IMG/VR virus record: IMGVR_UViG_3300035703_002708
Length of the DNA stretch: 64,000 nt
From: a virus
Lineage: Duplodnaviria > Caudoviricetes
Strand: one strand, 5' to 3'
Below, one piece after another: positions 1 through 8,860 of this stretch. Under the pieces are notes generated by a model. That model had not been told where the DNA came from, ran no database searches, and was given only the letters and a program-made list of their open reading frames with translations. Numbering within the stretch: position 1 is the first letter of the stretch; each line of letters opens with the position of its first letter. A program made the position numbers and the translations under genes.

Positions 1-2
1 TT

Positions 3-326
3 GCGGATGACTTAGTAGTTACCGCCAACCCGCTGAATAGGATTTATCAATTAGAATCTGGGTTATGTATTACTTTGACTGCTACGGGAGCAACTACGTC
101 AAATAATCCAACAAATGTAATTGTTTATGGACCGTATACTTCATGTACTCAATGTATAACACCTTTGAATTCAGGTGGTGTTGTATCAACTAATTGTAAG
201 GATTGTGGTACAGGTACTTTCACCTCTACAACTTTCAATCAGGCAATCTATACAAATGGACAAAATAGAGCAATTAAACAAAATAATTCTGTTGCTTTAG
301 GCGGGTTTAACGGTCTAAATAATTAA
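3..326 (+). CDS. 3' end of a Cys/Thr-rich putative structural protein (truncated by window start)
   Basis: The frame is open from base 3 (ADDLVVTANPLNRIYQLESGLCITLTATGAT...) to TAA at 324-326. CTQC/CKDC pairs resemble those in the large structural proteins downstream. Confidence 0.7.
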   Translation, partial: ADDLVVTANPLNRIYQLESGLCITLTATGATTSNNPTNVIVYGPYTSCTQCITPLNSGGVVSTNCKDCGTGTFTSTTFNQAIYTNGQNRAIKQNNSVALGGFNGLNN

Positions 327-327
327 A

Positions 328-534
328 TCACTTAGAAAGTATCCTAATACATTTGGATATTACTTCTGTTTCACCAATATTATAAACACCTCTTTCATAC
401 GCGTGCTTAACTGCATGTATTAAAAATACTGTTGCAACCTCAGCACTCATAGTTTGTAGAATAGTTTCTAATTGCTCCTCAGTTGAGATTTCCAATCTCC
501 CAAATAACACCGCTAACGGTTCTTTTTCTTCCAT
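328..534 (-). CDS. hypothetical protein (68 aa)
   Basis: ATG-start ORF with globular helical composition; no recognisable motif. Confidence 0.6.
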   Translation of the reverse strand: MEEKEPLAVLFGRLEISTEEQLETILQTMSAEVATVFLIHAVKHAYERGVYNIGETEVISKCIRILSK

Positions 535-670
535 TATCTGTCAAGGTTTTTTCCCTGATAAAGTTTATAGTTGCCTGCTCAATATTTTCTATACAATGAT
601 TATTATCTAAAACAACTTTAGAGAATTCTTTTCTCAATTCAGGTGTCCAAACAAAATTTTCGTAAATCAT
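479..670 (-). CDS. hypothetical protein (63 aa)
   Basis: ATG-start ORF filling the gap before the divergent gene at 721; overlaps the next ORF by 56 nt. Confidence 0.45.
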   Translation of the reverse strand: MIYENFVWTPELRKEFSKVVLDNNHCIENIEQATINFIREKTLTDNGRKRTVSGVIWEIGNLN

Positions 671-690
671 ATAAAACTTAATTAAAAAGA

Positions 691-697
691 TATTTAT
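691..697 (+). promoter_or_regulatory. TATTTAT putative phage late-promoter motif
   Basis: Lies 23 nt before ATG 721; the same heptamer precedes most structural genes in the window. Confidence 0.55.
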
Positions 698-720
698 AAT
701 AATAAAGAAAAAAATCCTTT

Positions 721-1443
721 ATGACAAATAAAGATAAAAAAATAAATGAGGCCACCATTTCATCGGCATCAGGTAAATACTCTAACGTACCATTAGTACC
801 AGGAGAAAGATTGTTTAATAAACAACAAATGCAACCATTCCACATACCCACCTCAAAATATGATAGTGCGGAATTAGCATACGACAGTTATGATGGTAAA
901 ATGAGTACACCAAAAAAAGATATACAAAAAAAAGAAAAGATGGCAAGGAAAGTATCAAAATATATTAAAAATCATCCTATACAAAGTGATGATGATGGAA
1001 ATGTTTTAACAGGTCCATTAACCGTAAATGAAGGGTGGGTAGAAATAACACAAAATACTGATGTTGATTTATTAACCGAAGATTTAGCTGTTTGGTTTGG
1101 TACCAAAAAGAAACCTAAAGGTTCTAAACAACCAAAAGGACCTTGGGTTAATATATGTCGTAAAAAGGAGGGTGGTGGTCATCCCCCATGTGGTAGACCT
1201 GAGGCATCATCAAAAGGATATCCTAAATGTCGTGCCGCAGGTGTTGCCTCCAAAATGACCGATGCTCAAAAAAGGTCGGCGTGTCAACAAAAAAGAAGAG
1301 CAGAAAAAACAAAACCGAAAACAGGTACTGGTAACAAACCAACTATGGTGTCTTACAAACCAAAAAAGAAAAAGACCAATGAAAATATCAGAAATATCAT
1401 CAGAGGTCTTTTGATTGAGGAATTTAAAAAGCGTAAACCTTAG
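721..1443 (+). CDS. conserved phage hypothetical protein with small basic Cys domain (WVNIC..CGRP..YPKC..AC), probable virion/internal protein
   Basis: 240 aa. The WVxI...CGR...YPKC motif is one I recognise from unannotated phage proteins. INE/LTE/LIEE motifs are also present. Confidence 0.7.
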   Translation: MTNKDKKINEATISSASGKYSNVPLVPGERLFNKQQMQPFHIPTSKYDSAELAYDSYDGKMSTPKKDIQKKEKMARKVSKYIKNHPIQSDDDGNVLTGPLTVNEGWVEITQNTDVDLLTEDLAVWFGTKKKPKGSKQPKGPWVNICRKKEGGGHPPCGRPEASSKGYPKCRAAGVASKMTDAQKRSACQQKRRAEKTKPKTGTGNKPTMVSYKPKKKKTNENIRNIIRGLLIEEFKKRKP

Positions 1444-2157
1444 TTATTTGAAGTTACCTACAATATAGATAGGTGGTTCAGGTGTTCCGATTAAAGATTT
1501 TGCAAACGAAGGTACCGATTTGAATTTATAACTAGTGTCGGAGGACTCCAATTTAATGTCAACAGAGCTCCCACCATCAAAAAGTAAACCTGTTTTAATA
1601 CCTAAAGTAATACCAAACTCTGAAATTGTTCTCATAGATACTAAAGATAGATTATCAGAGTGTATAATTAATAAATCTCCATCTTGATTTTTACCAATTA
1701 AAGTTCTACAAGCTTCACCCTTATTGATTTTAGTGTCCGTAATATTAGCATTTACCTCACCATTTCTAATACCTACGTACTTTGTTTGACAAACAAATTT
1801 GGCGTTAGAGGGCCTCTTCAAACTAATTTTTGGTTCTCCACCGTCAGAATAGAAATAACCACCATATTTTATTTTTTGGTTAACTTTTTTGCCATCGATA
1901 GTTACCTCACCGATTTCATCACCTTTTGGTGTAAAAAAGTTGGCGTTCATAAAAAAATCATTATTTACATCACCTCTTTTTTTTACAGAAAAATCCATAG
2001 AATTTTTTCTGATTTTGATAACAACAAAACGTTTACCCCCAAAACTTTGGGATACCAGGTCAACCTTTTCGCTTTCCGTATCTATGAGTAGATTCGGGAA
2101 TGCGAATTTATAAACCAAACCGAAGATGAGTACGAGTACTATTAATATCTTTTTCAT
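1444..2157 (-). CDS. phosphodiester glycosidase family protein (NAGPA/DUF2233-like), N-terminal membrane anchor
   Basis: Motifs FFMNANFF, RTLIG...LLIIH and LLFDGGSS (LDGGGS-like); hydrophobic N-terminus MKKILIVLVLIFGLVY. Confidence 0.75.
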   Translation of the reverse strand: MKKILIVLVLIFGLVYKFAFPNLLIDTESEKVDLVSQSFGGKRFVVIKIRKNSMDFSVKKRGDVNNDFFMNANFFTPKGDEIGEVTIDGKKVNQKIKYGGYFYSDGGEPKISLKRPSNAKFVCQTKYVGIRNGEVNANITDTKINKGEACRTLIGKNQDGDLLIIHSDNLSLVSMRTISEFGITLGIKTGLLFDGGSSVDIKLESSDTSYKFKSVPSFAKSLIGTPEPPIYIVGNFK

Positions 2158-2161
2158 ATGT

Positions 2162-2192
2162 CAAAGGTACAAAAAGAAAATTGGTAACCAAA
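2162..2192 (-). promoter_or_regulatory. Bacteroidota primary-sigma promoter (TTTG-N19-TAnnTTTG)
   Basis: The minus strand reads TTTG (2192-2189), a 19-nt spacer, then TACCTTTG (2169-2162), just upstream of ATG 2157. Confidence 0.75.
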
Positions 2193-2211
2193 TTTTTTTT
2201 CAGATAAAGTA

Positions 2212-2218
2212 TATTTAT
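2212..2218 (+). promoter_or_regulatory. TATTTAT putative late-promoter motif
   Basis: 16 nt before ATG 2235. Confidence 0.55.
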
Positions 2219-2234
2219 ATGTATATAATTTTTT

Positions 2235-3401
2235 ATGAAAAATCAAATTACAGACACTGAGAGAAATACAATTTTAGAAATGCACATATCCAAAGGTTAT
2301 AAAACTTTAAATGTGGATGAAATTGTTAAGACATCTTTAATGGAACAATATACAGAATCTAATATAACCGCAGTACAGAATGCTCTGATAAAGGCCGGTG
2401 AAAATGTCGGACCTACAGGTGCTGACGGTGATTATGGTACAAATACAAAAAACGCAGTTAAAAGTTTCCAAAGAAAAAACGGATTAGAGGATGATGGCGT
2501 CGTAGGTCCCTGTACTGCTAAAGCATTAGGGGTAAAATCCTTACAAGGTGGTAATGTTTGCACCGATAGTAGTGTTAAACAAAAAGTTGTACCTGACTCT
2601 AGTAAAAATAAAACCAAAATAACACCTGATTCTTCTAAGTTGAAAACTGGTCAGGGTTTGACTGATAGAAAAAAATATGATTGTATTGCGATAACCAAAG
2701 ACCAATGTAGTAGTTTGACAAAACGAGGTGGAAATATTGGAACAGGAGGTAAAGACGAGGGTTGTGCTAAATATATGAGAGTTTGTTTACAACAATTGGA
2801 CGGTAAACTTGTTGGTGGTGATGCATGGAAGCTACTTCCAATACTTAAAGGACAGGGAGGAACAGAACTTTATAATATGTTCACTCAAGATATAGATTTT
2901 AATAAATTATCCAATCAATTTAAAGGTAAAAACGTAACAAACCTTTGTGCTATACATACAAAGGGTGGTGAAGGTCATGACAAAGAGGATTCTACATTTA
3001 AAACAATTGTTAAAAACAATTATCCGAATAAAACAAACATGTCAATAAGTAATTTGAAGTTGGGTGATATTGTAGGTTTATATTGGAGGGACTCAGGTAA
3101 CTTTGGAAAGGCTTTTTGTTCAAGAGGATTGAAAGATGGTAAGATAAAAAATGAACCATTTTCATTTAACACACACGTAGGTTTCGTAGGAGCGATAAAG
3201 GACGGAATGCCGCTTATTTTCCACAGTGTTCACTCGAAAAGATTAGCAACACCTGCAAGTGATTTGATGAATAAAAATCAACAGGGTATGATAACTTGGG
3301 TTGTTAGAGACCCTGAGATATATGCATCGGCTAATAGTAGTAAAAATAAACCTGAGGAAGAAAATTCTTGGTGGTCAGACCTTTTCAACAAACAAATTTA
3401 A
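2235..3401 (+). CDS. peptidoglycan hydrolase: PG_binding_1 domain plus CHAP/NlpC-like Cys-His amidase/peptidase
   Basis: PG-binding motif AVQNALIKAG..GADGDYGTNTKNAVKSFQRKNGLEDDGVVGPCT; catalytic-type GCAKYM, GDAW, LKLGDIVG, THVGFV and IFHS. Confidence 0.8.
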   Translation: MKNQITDTERNTILEMHISKGYKTLNVDEIVKTSLMEQYTESNITAVQNALIKAGENVGPTGADGDYGTNTKNAVKSFQRKNGLEDDGVVGPCTAKALGVKSLQGGNVCTDSSVKQKVVPDSSKNKTKITPDSSKLKTGQGLTDRKKYDCIAITKDQCSSLTKRGGNIGTGGKDEGCAKYMRVCLQQLDGKLVGGDAWKLLPILKGQGGTELYNMFTQDIDFNKLSNQFKGKNVTNLCAIHTKGGEGHDKEDSTFKTIVKNNYPNKTNMSISNLKLGDIVGLYWRDSGNFGKAFCSRGLKDGKIKNEPFSFNTHVGFVGAIKDGMPLIFHSVHSKRLATPASDLMNKNQQGMITWVVRDPEIYASANSSKNKPEEENSWWSDLFNKQI

Positions 3402-3817
3402 ATTTTCTTAAGTATATCAGTTAAAGAACAATTGATTTGTGAGTGGATTACAGTTTCGTAAGATTTCCTGCGCTTCTCAATCTCATTATTAAATAGATAA
3501 TTAACTCTTTCCCAAGTCCTTGGTTCCATCAAAATAGAATAATGGTATACGTGATTTGTCACGAATGCTTGTTGATGTTGTAATGTCAAAACAATACCCA
3601 ATCTATCGTTTATAATAATTTTCTTTTCTGATACGGGGGCATATATCAATTCCGTATCACTTTGCTTTAAAAGTTTTCTTGCGATATGAAAGCAGGTTTG
3701 TTGATACCTACTCATTGCCGCATCAATTTTCTCGTCAAGGGGTCTCCTGTGTATCCAAAGGTAATATTTAAGAAATACTCGTTTGATTTTTCTTTTAACA
3801 AATTGATAGAGTGTCAT
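3398..3817 (-). CDS. hypothetical protein (139 aa)
   Basis: Clean ATG ORF preceded by a TAnnTTTG box. Confidence 0.65.
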   Translation of the reverse strand: MTLYQFVKRKIKRVFLKYYLWIHRRPLDEKIDAAMSRYQQTCFHIARKLLKQSDTELIYAPVSEKKIIINDRLGIVLTLQHQQAFVTNHVYHYSILMEPRTWERVNYLFNNEIEKRRKSYETVIHSQINCSLTDILKKI

Positions 3818-3835
3818 ACTGAAGTTTTGTGGTTA

Positions 3836-3843
3836 CAAATATA
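3836..3843 (-). promoter_or_regulatory. Bacteroidota -7 box TATATTTG
   Basis: Minus strand TATATTTG, 18 nt before ATG 3817; no clear -33 TTTG at canonical spacing. Confidence 0.5.
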
Positions 3844-3859
3844 TAAAACTTTTGCGACA

Positions 3860-4348
3860 TTAACAGTACGGGGGTGAACATTTTTTCTTACCGCTAGCAT
3901 CCGGCATTTTACCTTTACAAACTTGTACTCCGTAACCGTTCGAATAAGCAGAGGGGTAAACCTTAAATTTTGCCTTAGCCGCTGCCTTACCCCTTGCACA
4001 CAATTTAGTACCTGTTTTTTTTCTACCTTCTTCCATCATACCTGTAAACGACGCATCTTCTATATCTTGCCTACCATCACCTTTAATATGATTCATCATA
4101 AAATCGAACACTTGGTCCATGTTGTTTTTGGCTTCTGCGATATGGTCTTGAGCCCAATCGTGACCATCATCTAATATTTGAGTTACCATATCTTGGTCTA
4201 ACTCTAATAACATATCACATTGTCTTCTCATTTGTTCTAAATTTGAAAAGAACATATATCTATCTGAATAATCTTCGTGTGATTCTTCTAATACTCTTTT
4301 TACTAATTTTGTAATATCTGATTCTGATAATCTAATAACTTTTTTCAT
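3860..4348 (-). CDS. conserved phage hypothetical protein (MKKVIRLSESD leader; C-terminal CARGKAAAKAKFKVYPSAY domain)
   Basis: 162 aa. Both the N-terminal leader and the C-terminal small basic Cys domain are patterns I recognise from unannotated phage proteins. Confidence 0.7.
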   Translation of the reverse strand: MKKVIRLSESDITKLVKRVLEESHEDYSDRYMFFSNLEQMRRQCDMLLELDQDMVTQILDDGHDWAQDHIAEAKNNMDQVFDFMMNHIKGDGRQDIEDASFTGMMEEGRKKTGTKLCARGKAAAKAKFKVYPSAYSNGYGVQVCKGKMPDASGKKKCSPPYC

Positions 4349-4363
4349 AAAATATTTTTCTAA

Positions 4364-4370
4364 ATAAATA
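4364..4370 (-). promoter_or_regulatory. TATTTAT putative late-promoter motif
   Basis: ATAAATA on the plus strand, 15 nt before minus-strand ATG 4348. Confidence 0.55.
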
Positions 4371-4381
4371 CTTTATAAAAT

Positions 4382-4412
4382 AAAAAACCCCTCTTTTGGA
4401 GGGGTTCTTTTT
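4382..4412 (-). terminator. intrinsic terminator (possibly bidirectional)
   Basis: Stem AACCCCTC (4386-4393) / GAGGGGTT (4399-4406) with a 5-nt loop and A/T tracts on both sides; lies directly after the stop of 4421..5698. Confidence 0.85.
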
Positions 4413-4420
4413 AAGTTTTT

Positions 4421-5698
4421 TTAGTTCTTGAATAACTTGTGAGTTGTTTTACTTTGATTACTTAAAACCTCTACATAATAAACACCTTTAGGTAATTCAG
4501 AAACGTCTATTTGGTTTGTAACACCATTATATTGTTTGACTAACATACCTACGTAATTATAGATGATAACATCTTTAATTTCGTTGTTATTGATGATTAT
4601 TTTATCGTCAAATGGGTTTGGTGATAATGTGACATCACTTTCTTCATTCATCGTCACTATGTCGTCGAAATCAACTCTTTGTTGAGGTCCACAGTTTTGA
4701 AATGAGAATACTCCATCAACATCATATCCATCTGCGGTTGGACCAAATGCCGAACTACGAGACCTATCAGTAATTCTGATGTATTGGAAACAATTGACAT
4801 CACCTAATTCAATCATCGCATCCAAACAATAAACACCCAAAGTTGTCCACATAAAACCATCCATAGAAACTTCTATAAGTGCTTGTTCAGGATATTGAGG
4901 ACACTGCGGATTACCATAAGTCGTTTCAGTGATTTTAAAATCGAAACCATCGATATTAAATACTGTGTAATCAAATTTCAGAGTGATTTGACCTCCGAAT
5001 CCTAATGAAACGAAATTAACATTTTCTGTTCCTTGTGGTAAACCAAGAGCGTTTGATGGATTACTTCTTGATGAAATAACAGGAGTTCCATTTTTTCTGA
5101 GCCCTTGTGTGAAGTTTATTACGTGTTGTGCAGAACCTACACCTAATGTTGATGGAGACATTTCAGTTTCCAAAACATAACCCTCAATACCATCAACATC
5201 GTATCCGTCACATACACCAAATGGGTCAAAATTACCATAAGGGGAAACATCAACTAATTTGAAATACTGAGCCCAATTTAATTCACCTAAATCAAACTCT
5301 GAATCTTGACATCCAGTACCACAAAAATACCAATTACAGTTATCCTGTGATGCAAATAACATAATTCTTTCAGGATACCTTCTACAAGGCGGTGTTCCAA
5401 ATGTTGTTTCGTGAACTTTCAAATCCATTCCCTCAACATTTTTAACTGCAGATTCCATCATCACAACCATTTCACCTTTGAAGCCTAACGACACGTAATT
5501 AGCATTAGTGTCAGGAGTGAATAAATCTGATGATTGCGCCATTCCAATACAATTAGAACTATTGGAGCGTAATGGACTAACACTTTCTCCGTTGTTGTTT
5601 AGTCCTTGGTCAAATGACAATACCTGTCCCACCCATATCGACTGAGACAAAGATACCTGGCATAGCAATGCCATGATTAAAGTTAGTAGTGTTTTCAT
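4421..5698 (-). CDS. secreted protein with type IX secretion (T9SS type A) C-terminal sorting domain and two tandem beta-rich domains
   Basis: Signal peptide MKTLLTLIMALLCQVSLS-Q. Duplicated VSLGF.G...ETT.G.P.C..YPE...DGYDVDG domains. C-terminal LSPNPFDD...IYNYVGMLVK...IDVSELPKGVYYVEV...THKLFK. Confidence 0.85.
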   Translation of the reverse strand: MKTLLTLIMALLCQVSLSQSIWVGQVLSFDQGLNNNGESVSPLRSNSSNCIGMAQSSDLFTPDTNANYVSLGFKGEMVVMMESAVKNVEGMDLKVHETTFGTPPCRRYPERIMLFASQDNCNWYFCGTGCQDSEFDLGELNWAQYFKLVDVSPYGNFDPFGVCDGYDVDGIEGYVLETEMSPSTLGVGSAQHVINFTQGLRKNGTPVISSRSNPSNALGLPQGTENVNFVSLGFGGQITLKFDYTVFNIDGFDFKITETTYGNPQCPQYPEQALIEVSMDGFMWTTLGVYCLDAMIELGDVNCFQYIRITDRSRSSAFGPTADGYDVDGVFSFQNCGPQQRVDFDDIVTMNEESDVTLSPNPFDDKIIINNNEIKDVIIYNYVGMLVKQYNGVTNQIDVSELPKGVYYVEVLSNQSKTTHKLFKN

Positions 5699-5714
5699 AA
5701 GTATTATTTTACTA

Positions 5715-5721
5715 ATAAATA
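5715..5721 (-). promoter_or_regulatory. TATTTAT putative late-promoter motif
   Basis: 16 nt before minus-strand ATG 5698. Confidence 0.5.
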
Positions 5722-5762
5722 TTAGAAAAACAACTCCTAAATATCAAATGTAAGATATTATA

Positions 5763-7256
5763 TTATTTTTTATCAACTATTTGAAACTTGATTTGTCTCT
5801 TGTAAGTACTCATCTCGCCGTTGATAATTAGTCTTAAATCTACAAAATATTCGTTAGGTATTTTATCCCTTGTATCAAATATAAAATAGTATTCATTTGG
5901 TGTTTTGTTGACTTGAGTCCAGTCTTGAACTTGTACTTCTGTTTGACCCTCCTTAACATAAACCCTATAGTACGCTTTGATTTTATTAAGAGGTTGATTA
6001 GATGTATATTCTTTTTTGATGATAACACCAACTTTTCTGACATCGGTATTCAATATCTTTTCATCCTGTCTGATACCATAATAATCAAATCCATAAACTG
6101 AAGGTTCACTTGATAACGTACCAATAGAAAGTGCGGATGAATAAGGTCGTACTATCAACTCATTTTCTACATCAGGTAATTCAACACCGTTTAAAGATAT
6201 ATTACTCCACACATCAGTAAATGTACAAGGTGTTTTATAACCTAAAAGTGCTGGTATTGTAACTTCATAAACTCCTTGAGTTTTTCTACATGTAGTAAGT
6301 GCGGTCAAACCTTCTATGGGTTCACCCGTACTATCATATATTGATACTGTTGGATTGGAGTCTAAATTTATTGGACTTCCATCTTCATACAAATACAAAT
6401 ATAACTTATTTGCTCTTCCCAACGAAAATAAATCTCTGTCATCTTGAATTAGGTCGTCATAATTTGTTTGTAAATATGGTTCGTAAAAAGTTTGTGTATG
6501 ACGAGTGAAAAATCCTACAGAATAATAAGATGTTAATCCAGTTAATAATTCTATACTTGGTTTGAACGCTATACCCCAACCAGTAACTCCTGTTATTGTA
6601 CCATTTAATATTCCATTTATTTCATTTGTCATATCAAATGAAATGTTTTCATTACCGAATTCAAAATGTTGTTCTGCAATAATTGTAAGAGCCGAGTAAT
6701 TTAAACCTGTAATTCCTGTCAAAGAATTTTCATTATTATATATACCAGGCGTAGTCCAATCTTCAGTTATCATTCTTTTGAACCAATTTGACGGTTCAGT
6801 AGAATAATTTTCTCTGCCGAATATTGATTCGGTATCATTTATCTGAATACCCAAATCATAGACAGATGCTAACCCCTCATCCCATGTTTGTGAGGTTCCT
6901 GTATCTCCCGATGTCAAAGGTATTCTAAATAAAATCAAATCAAAACCACTACCTCTTGTTATGTCACCACCAAATCTCGTCGACTTCAACAAATCAGGAG
7001 ATGAAAAAACAGTATTTGTCATTATAAGAGTGTGAGTCATAGAAGATGTACATCCCGTTTGAATTATTCCATTAGAAATCTTCTGTTGTAATAATGATAA
7101 ATCAATATCGAATATGAAACGTGAATATACAGGTGTTGGATTTTCAGGATTGATGTTACCAAAATATAATTGTGTCACAGGAGCCTTTCCCGTATTTGTA
7201 TAGACATTAGATAATATCGTATTATTTCTACTGAAATATGAATTATTTATAGACAT
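5763..7256 (-). CDS. hypothetical protein, probable structural (497 aa, beta-rich)
   Basis: Long ORF rich in TGxT motifs like the fibre genes; adjacent to the spike gene and preceded by TATTTAT. Confidence 0.7.
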   Translation of the reverse strand: MSINNSYFSRNNTILSNVYTNTGKAPVTQLYFGNINPENPTPVYSRFIFDIDLSLLQQKISNGIIQTGCTSSMTHTLIMTNTVFSSPDLLKSTRFGGDITRGSGFDLILFRIPLTSGDTGTSQTWDEGLASVYDLGIQINDTESIFGRENYSTEPSNWFKRMITEDWTTPGIYNNENSLTGITGLNYSALTIIAEQHFEFGNENISFDMTNEINGILNGTITGVTGWGIAFKPSIELLTGLTSYYSVGFFTRHTQTFYEPYLQTNYDDLIQDDRDLFSLGRANKLYLYLYEDGSPINLDSNPTVSIYDSTGEPIEGLTALTTCRKTQGVYEVTIPALLGYKTPCTFTDVWSNISLNGVELPDVENELIVRPYSSALSIGTLSSEPSVYGFDYYGIRQDEKILNTDVRKVGVIIKKEYTSNQPLNKIKAYYRVYVKEGQTEVQVQDWTQVNKTPNEYYFIFDTRDKIPNEYFVDLRLIINGEMSTYKRQIKFQIVDKK

Positions 7257-7270
7257 TTTAAGGTTTTTCT

Positions 7271-7277
7271 ATAAATA
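7271..7277 (-). promoter_or_regulatory. TATTTAT putative late-promoter motif
   Basis: 14 nt before minus-strand ATG 7256. Confidence 0.55.
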
Positions 7278-7291
7278 TCAATAAACTTAAA

Positions 7292-8860
7292 TTAGTTTAT
7301 TCTAATCTTGGTATTCAATATTGTATTTGGAGCGTCTGCCATCTTTTGTAGAATTTGTGCTGAAGTTGTTCCATCGACAGCGACAGGTATTGCAGGAATA
7401 CCACTATCATGACAATGTGAAGTTAAAAACCTAACAATCAAACTTAATAAATCCATGAGTTTTTCACCCCTTACCATAGAATCTGTTGACGAATCTAACT
7501 CTAAAAATTTATTTTGGTCTAAACCATAAATCGTATTTTGTAGTGATGGTTTTTTTACACCGATTTGGGAATCATGGGAAAACAAGTATATTTTTTGAGC
7601 ACCGACAATACCGTATGAAATACCTTGTTGACCTGATGTTTTGGTATCGTATGTTTGTGATTTTACAATCAATGGTGTGTCAGTTGACCCTTTTGAAGTT
7701 ACGATACCAAATCCTTTTTTTGGACTACCTTTAGATAAACCAATATTAAGGTAAAATTTAGTAAGATTGTTTGTCTCTATTGGATTTTGGTTTGACACCA
7801 TCCTCTTATAGGTTGGTGGGGATGGTCTAAAAGCGAACGGAAATTGTTTTCCACGTTCAGGGACGAAAGGGACTTGAGTGTACCCCTCCACAAAAATTTC
7901 ACCGTTGTTAAGGCCATCAATAAACGAATTAAAAATATTTAGAACCTCTTCATATGACTTACCAAAAAAATTAATACTAATTGGTAATTGGGAACCTTTT
8001 AAATTTTCAACATCTGTGTCTACCTTAAAGTTTTTTGTGTTTAATTTTTCGTCCTTTTTTGTTTGTACATTATACAAATTTATGTATCCTGAAAATATAT
8101 CAACTTCATTTTCTGGGTTAGATATGTGCCATTCTATTAATAATATTAATTGTTTGAATTCGGTGTCGATAACGGTAGTTGTCTTTTGTGGTCCTTTTTC
8201 TTGATTTGTTGTAAAATCGGTCAATTGTAAAAAAGCTCTCTTTTCGTTTTCAGTAGGTAAACTATTAGTGGGACCAACTAAATTTTTAGATTTTCCTGCT
8301 CTTATTAGAGCTGTGTCATTTTTCAAAATAATGTCCGCGGACCCCCTACCTAACATAGCATTGTCTTCTGGTTCGGGGAAAATACCGTATGATTTGGATT
8401 GAATTCTACCTCCAACCTCTTTTAAATTTTTTGCCTGTTTTATATTGTCACCAAATGGTAAATGTACTTTTGATGCTGTATTATCTTCATATGCAAAGGC
8501 TAATGGTGTAGATGGAATTGCCGGTATATAGAAACGGTTTCTATCACTGTATTTTCTTGACTGAGATTTGGCGTTCTGAACAACAGGATAGATTATATGT
8601 ACCAATTCGTTTTCTTTTGGAGTTATATTTAAAGAGTAGGGTAGTAAAGGGATAATTGTAAAAGGGTCATCTTTGGTCCATTTACATTTTCTTTTAACTC
8701 CTGTAACTACATCGGTCTCATCTTTACAAGCTTGTGTTACTGTTGATTTGATATCCTCAACATTTTCAGAATCAGGTATGACTCGTAATCTACCGAGTCT
8801 TAATGGGTCATCAGAATCGACTACATACCCTTGGTATAAAATTTTATTAATTTCCTCCAT
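7292..8860 (-). CDS. baseplate central spike protein (T4 gp5/VgrG-like)
   Basis: N-terminal OB-fold signature YQGYVVDSDDPLRLGRLRV, then GRGSADIILKNDTALIRAG, and a C-terminal VRGEKL...LTSHCH HxH tip motif. Confidence 0.7.
   Translation of the reverse strand: MEEINKILYQGYVVDSDDPLRLGRLRVIPDSENVEDIKSTVTQACKDETDVVTGVKRKCKWTKDDPFTIIPLLPYSLNITPKENELVHIIYPVVQNAKSQSRKYSDRNRFYIPAIPSTPLAFAYEDNTASKVHLPFGDNIKQAKNLKEVGGRIQSKSYGIFPEPEDNAMLGRGSADIILKNDTALIRAGKSKNLVGPTNSLPTENEKRAFLQLTDFTTNQEKGPQKTTTVIDTEFKQLILLIEWHISNPENEVDIFSGYINLYNVQTKKDEKLNTKNFKVDTDVENLKGSQLPISINFFGKSYEEVLNIFNSFIDGLNNGEIFVEGYTQVPFVPERGKQFPFAFRPSPPTYKRMVSNQNPIETNNLTKFYLNIGLSKGSPKKGFGIVTSKGSTDTPLIVKSQTYDTKTSGQQGISYGIVGAQKIYLFSHDSQIGVKKPSLQNTIYGLDQNKFLELDSSTDSMVRGEKLMDLLSLIVRFLTSHCHDSGIPAIPVAVDGTTSAQILQKMADAPNTILNTKIRIN

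Noticed and set aside
1786-2113. Plus-strand ORFs of 101 and 74 aa
   Set aside because: Antisense to the well-supported NAGPA-like gene; no motifs.
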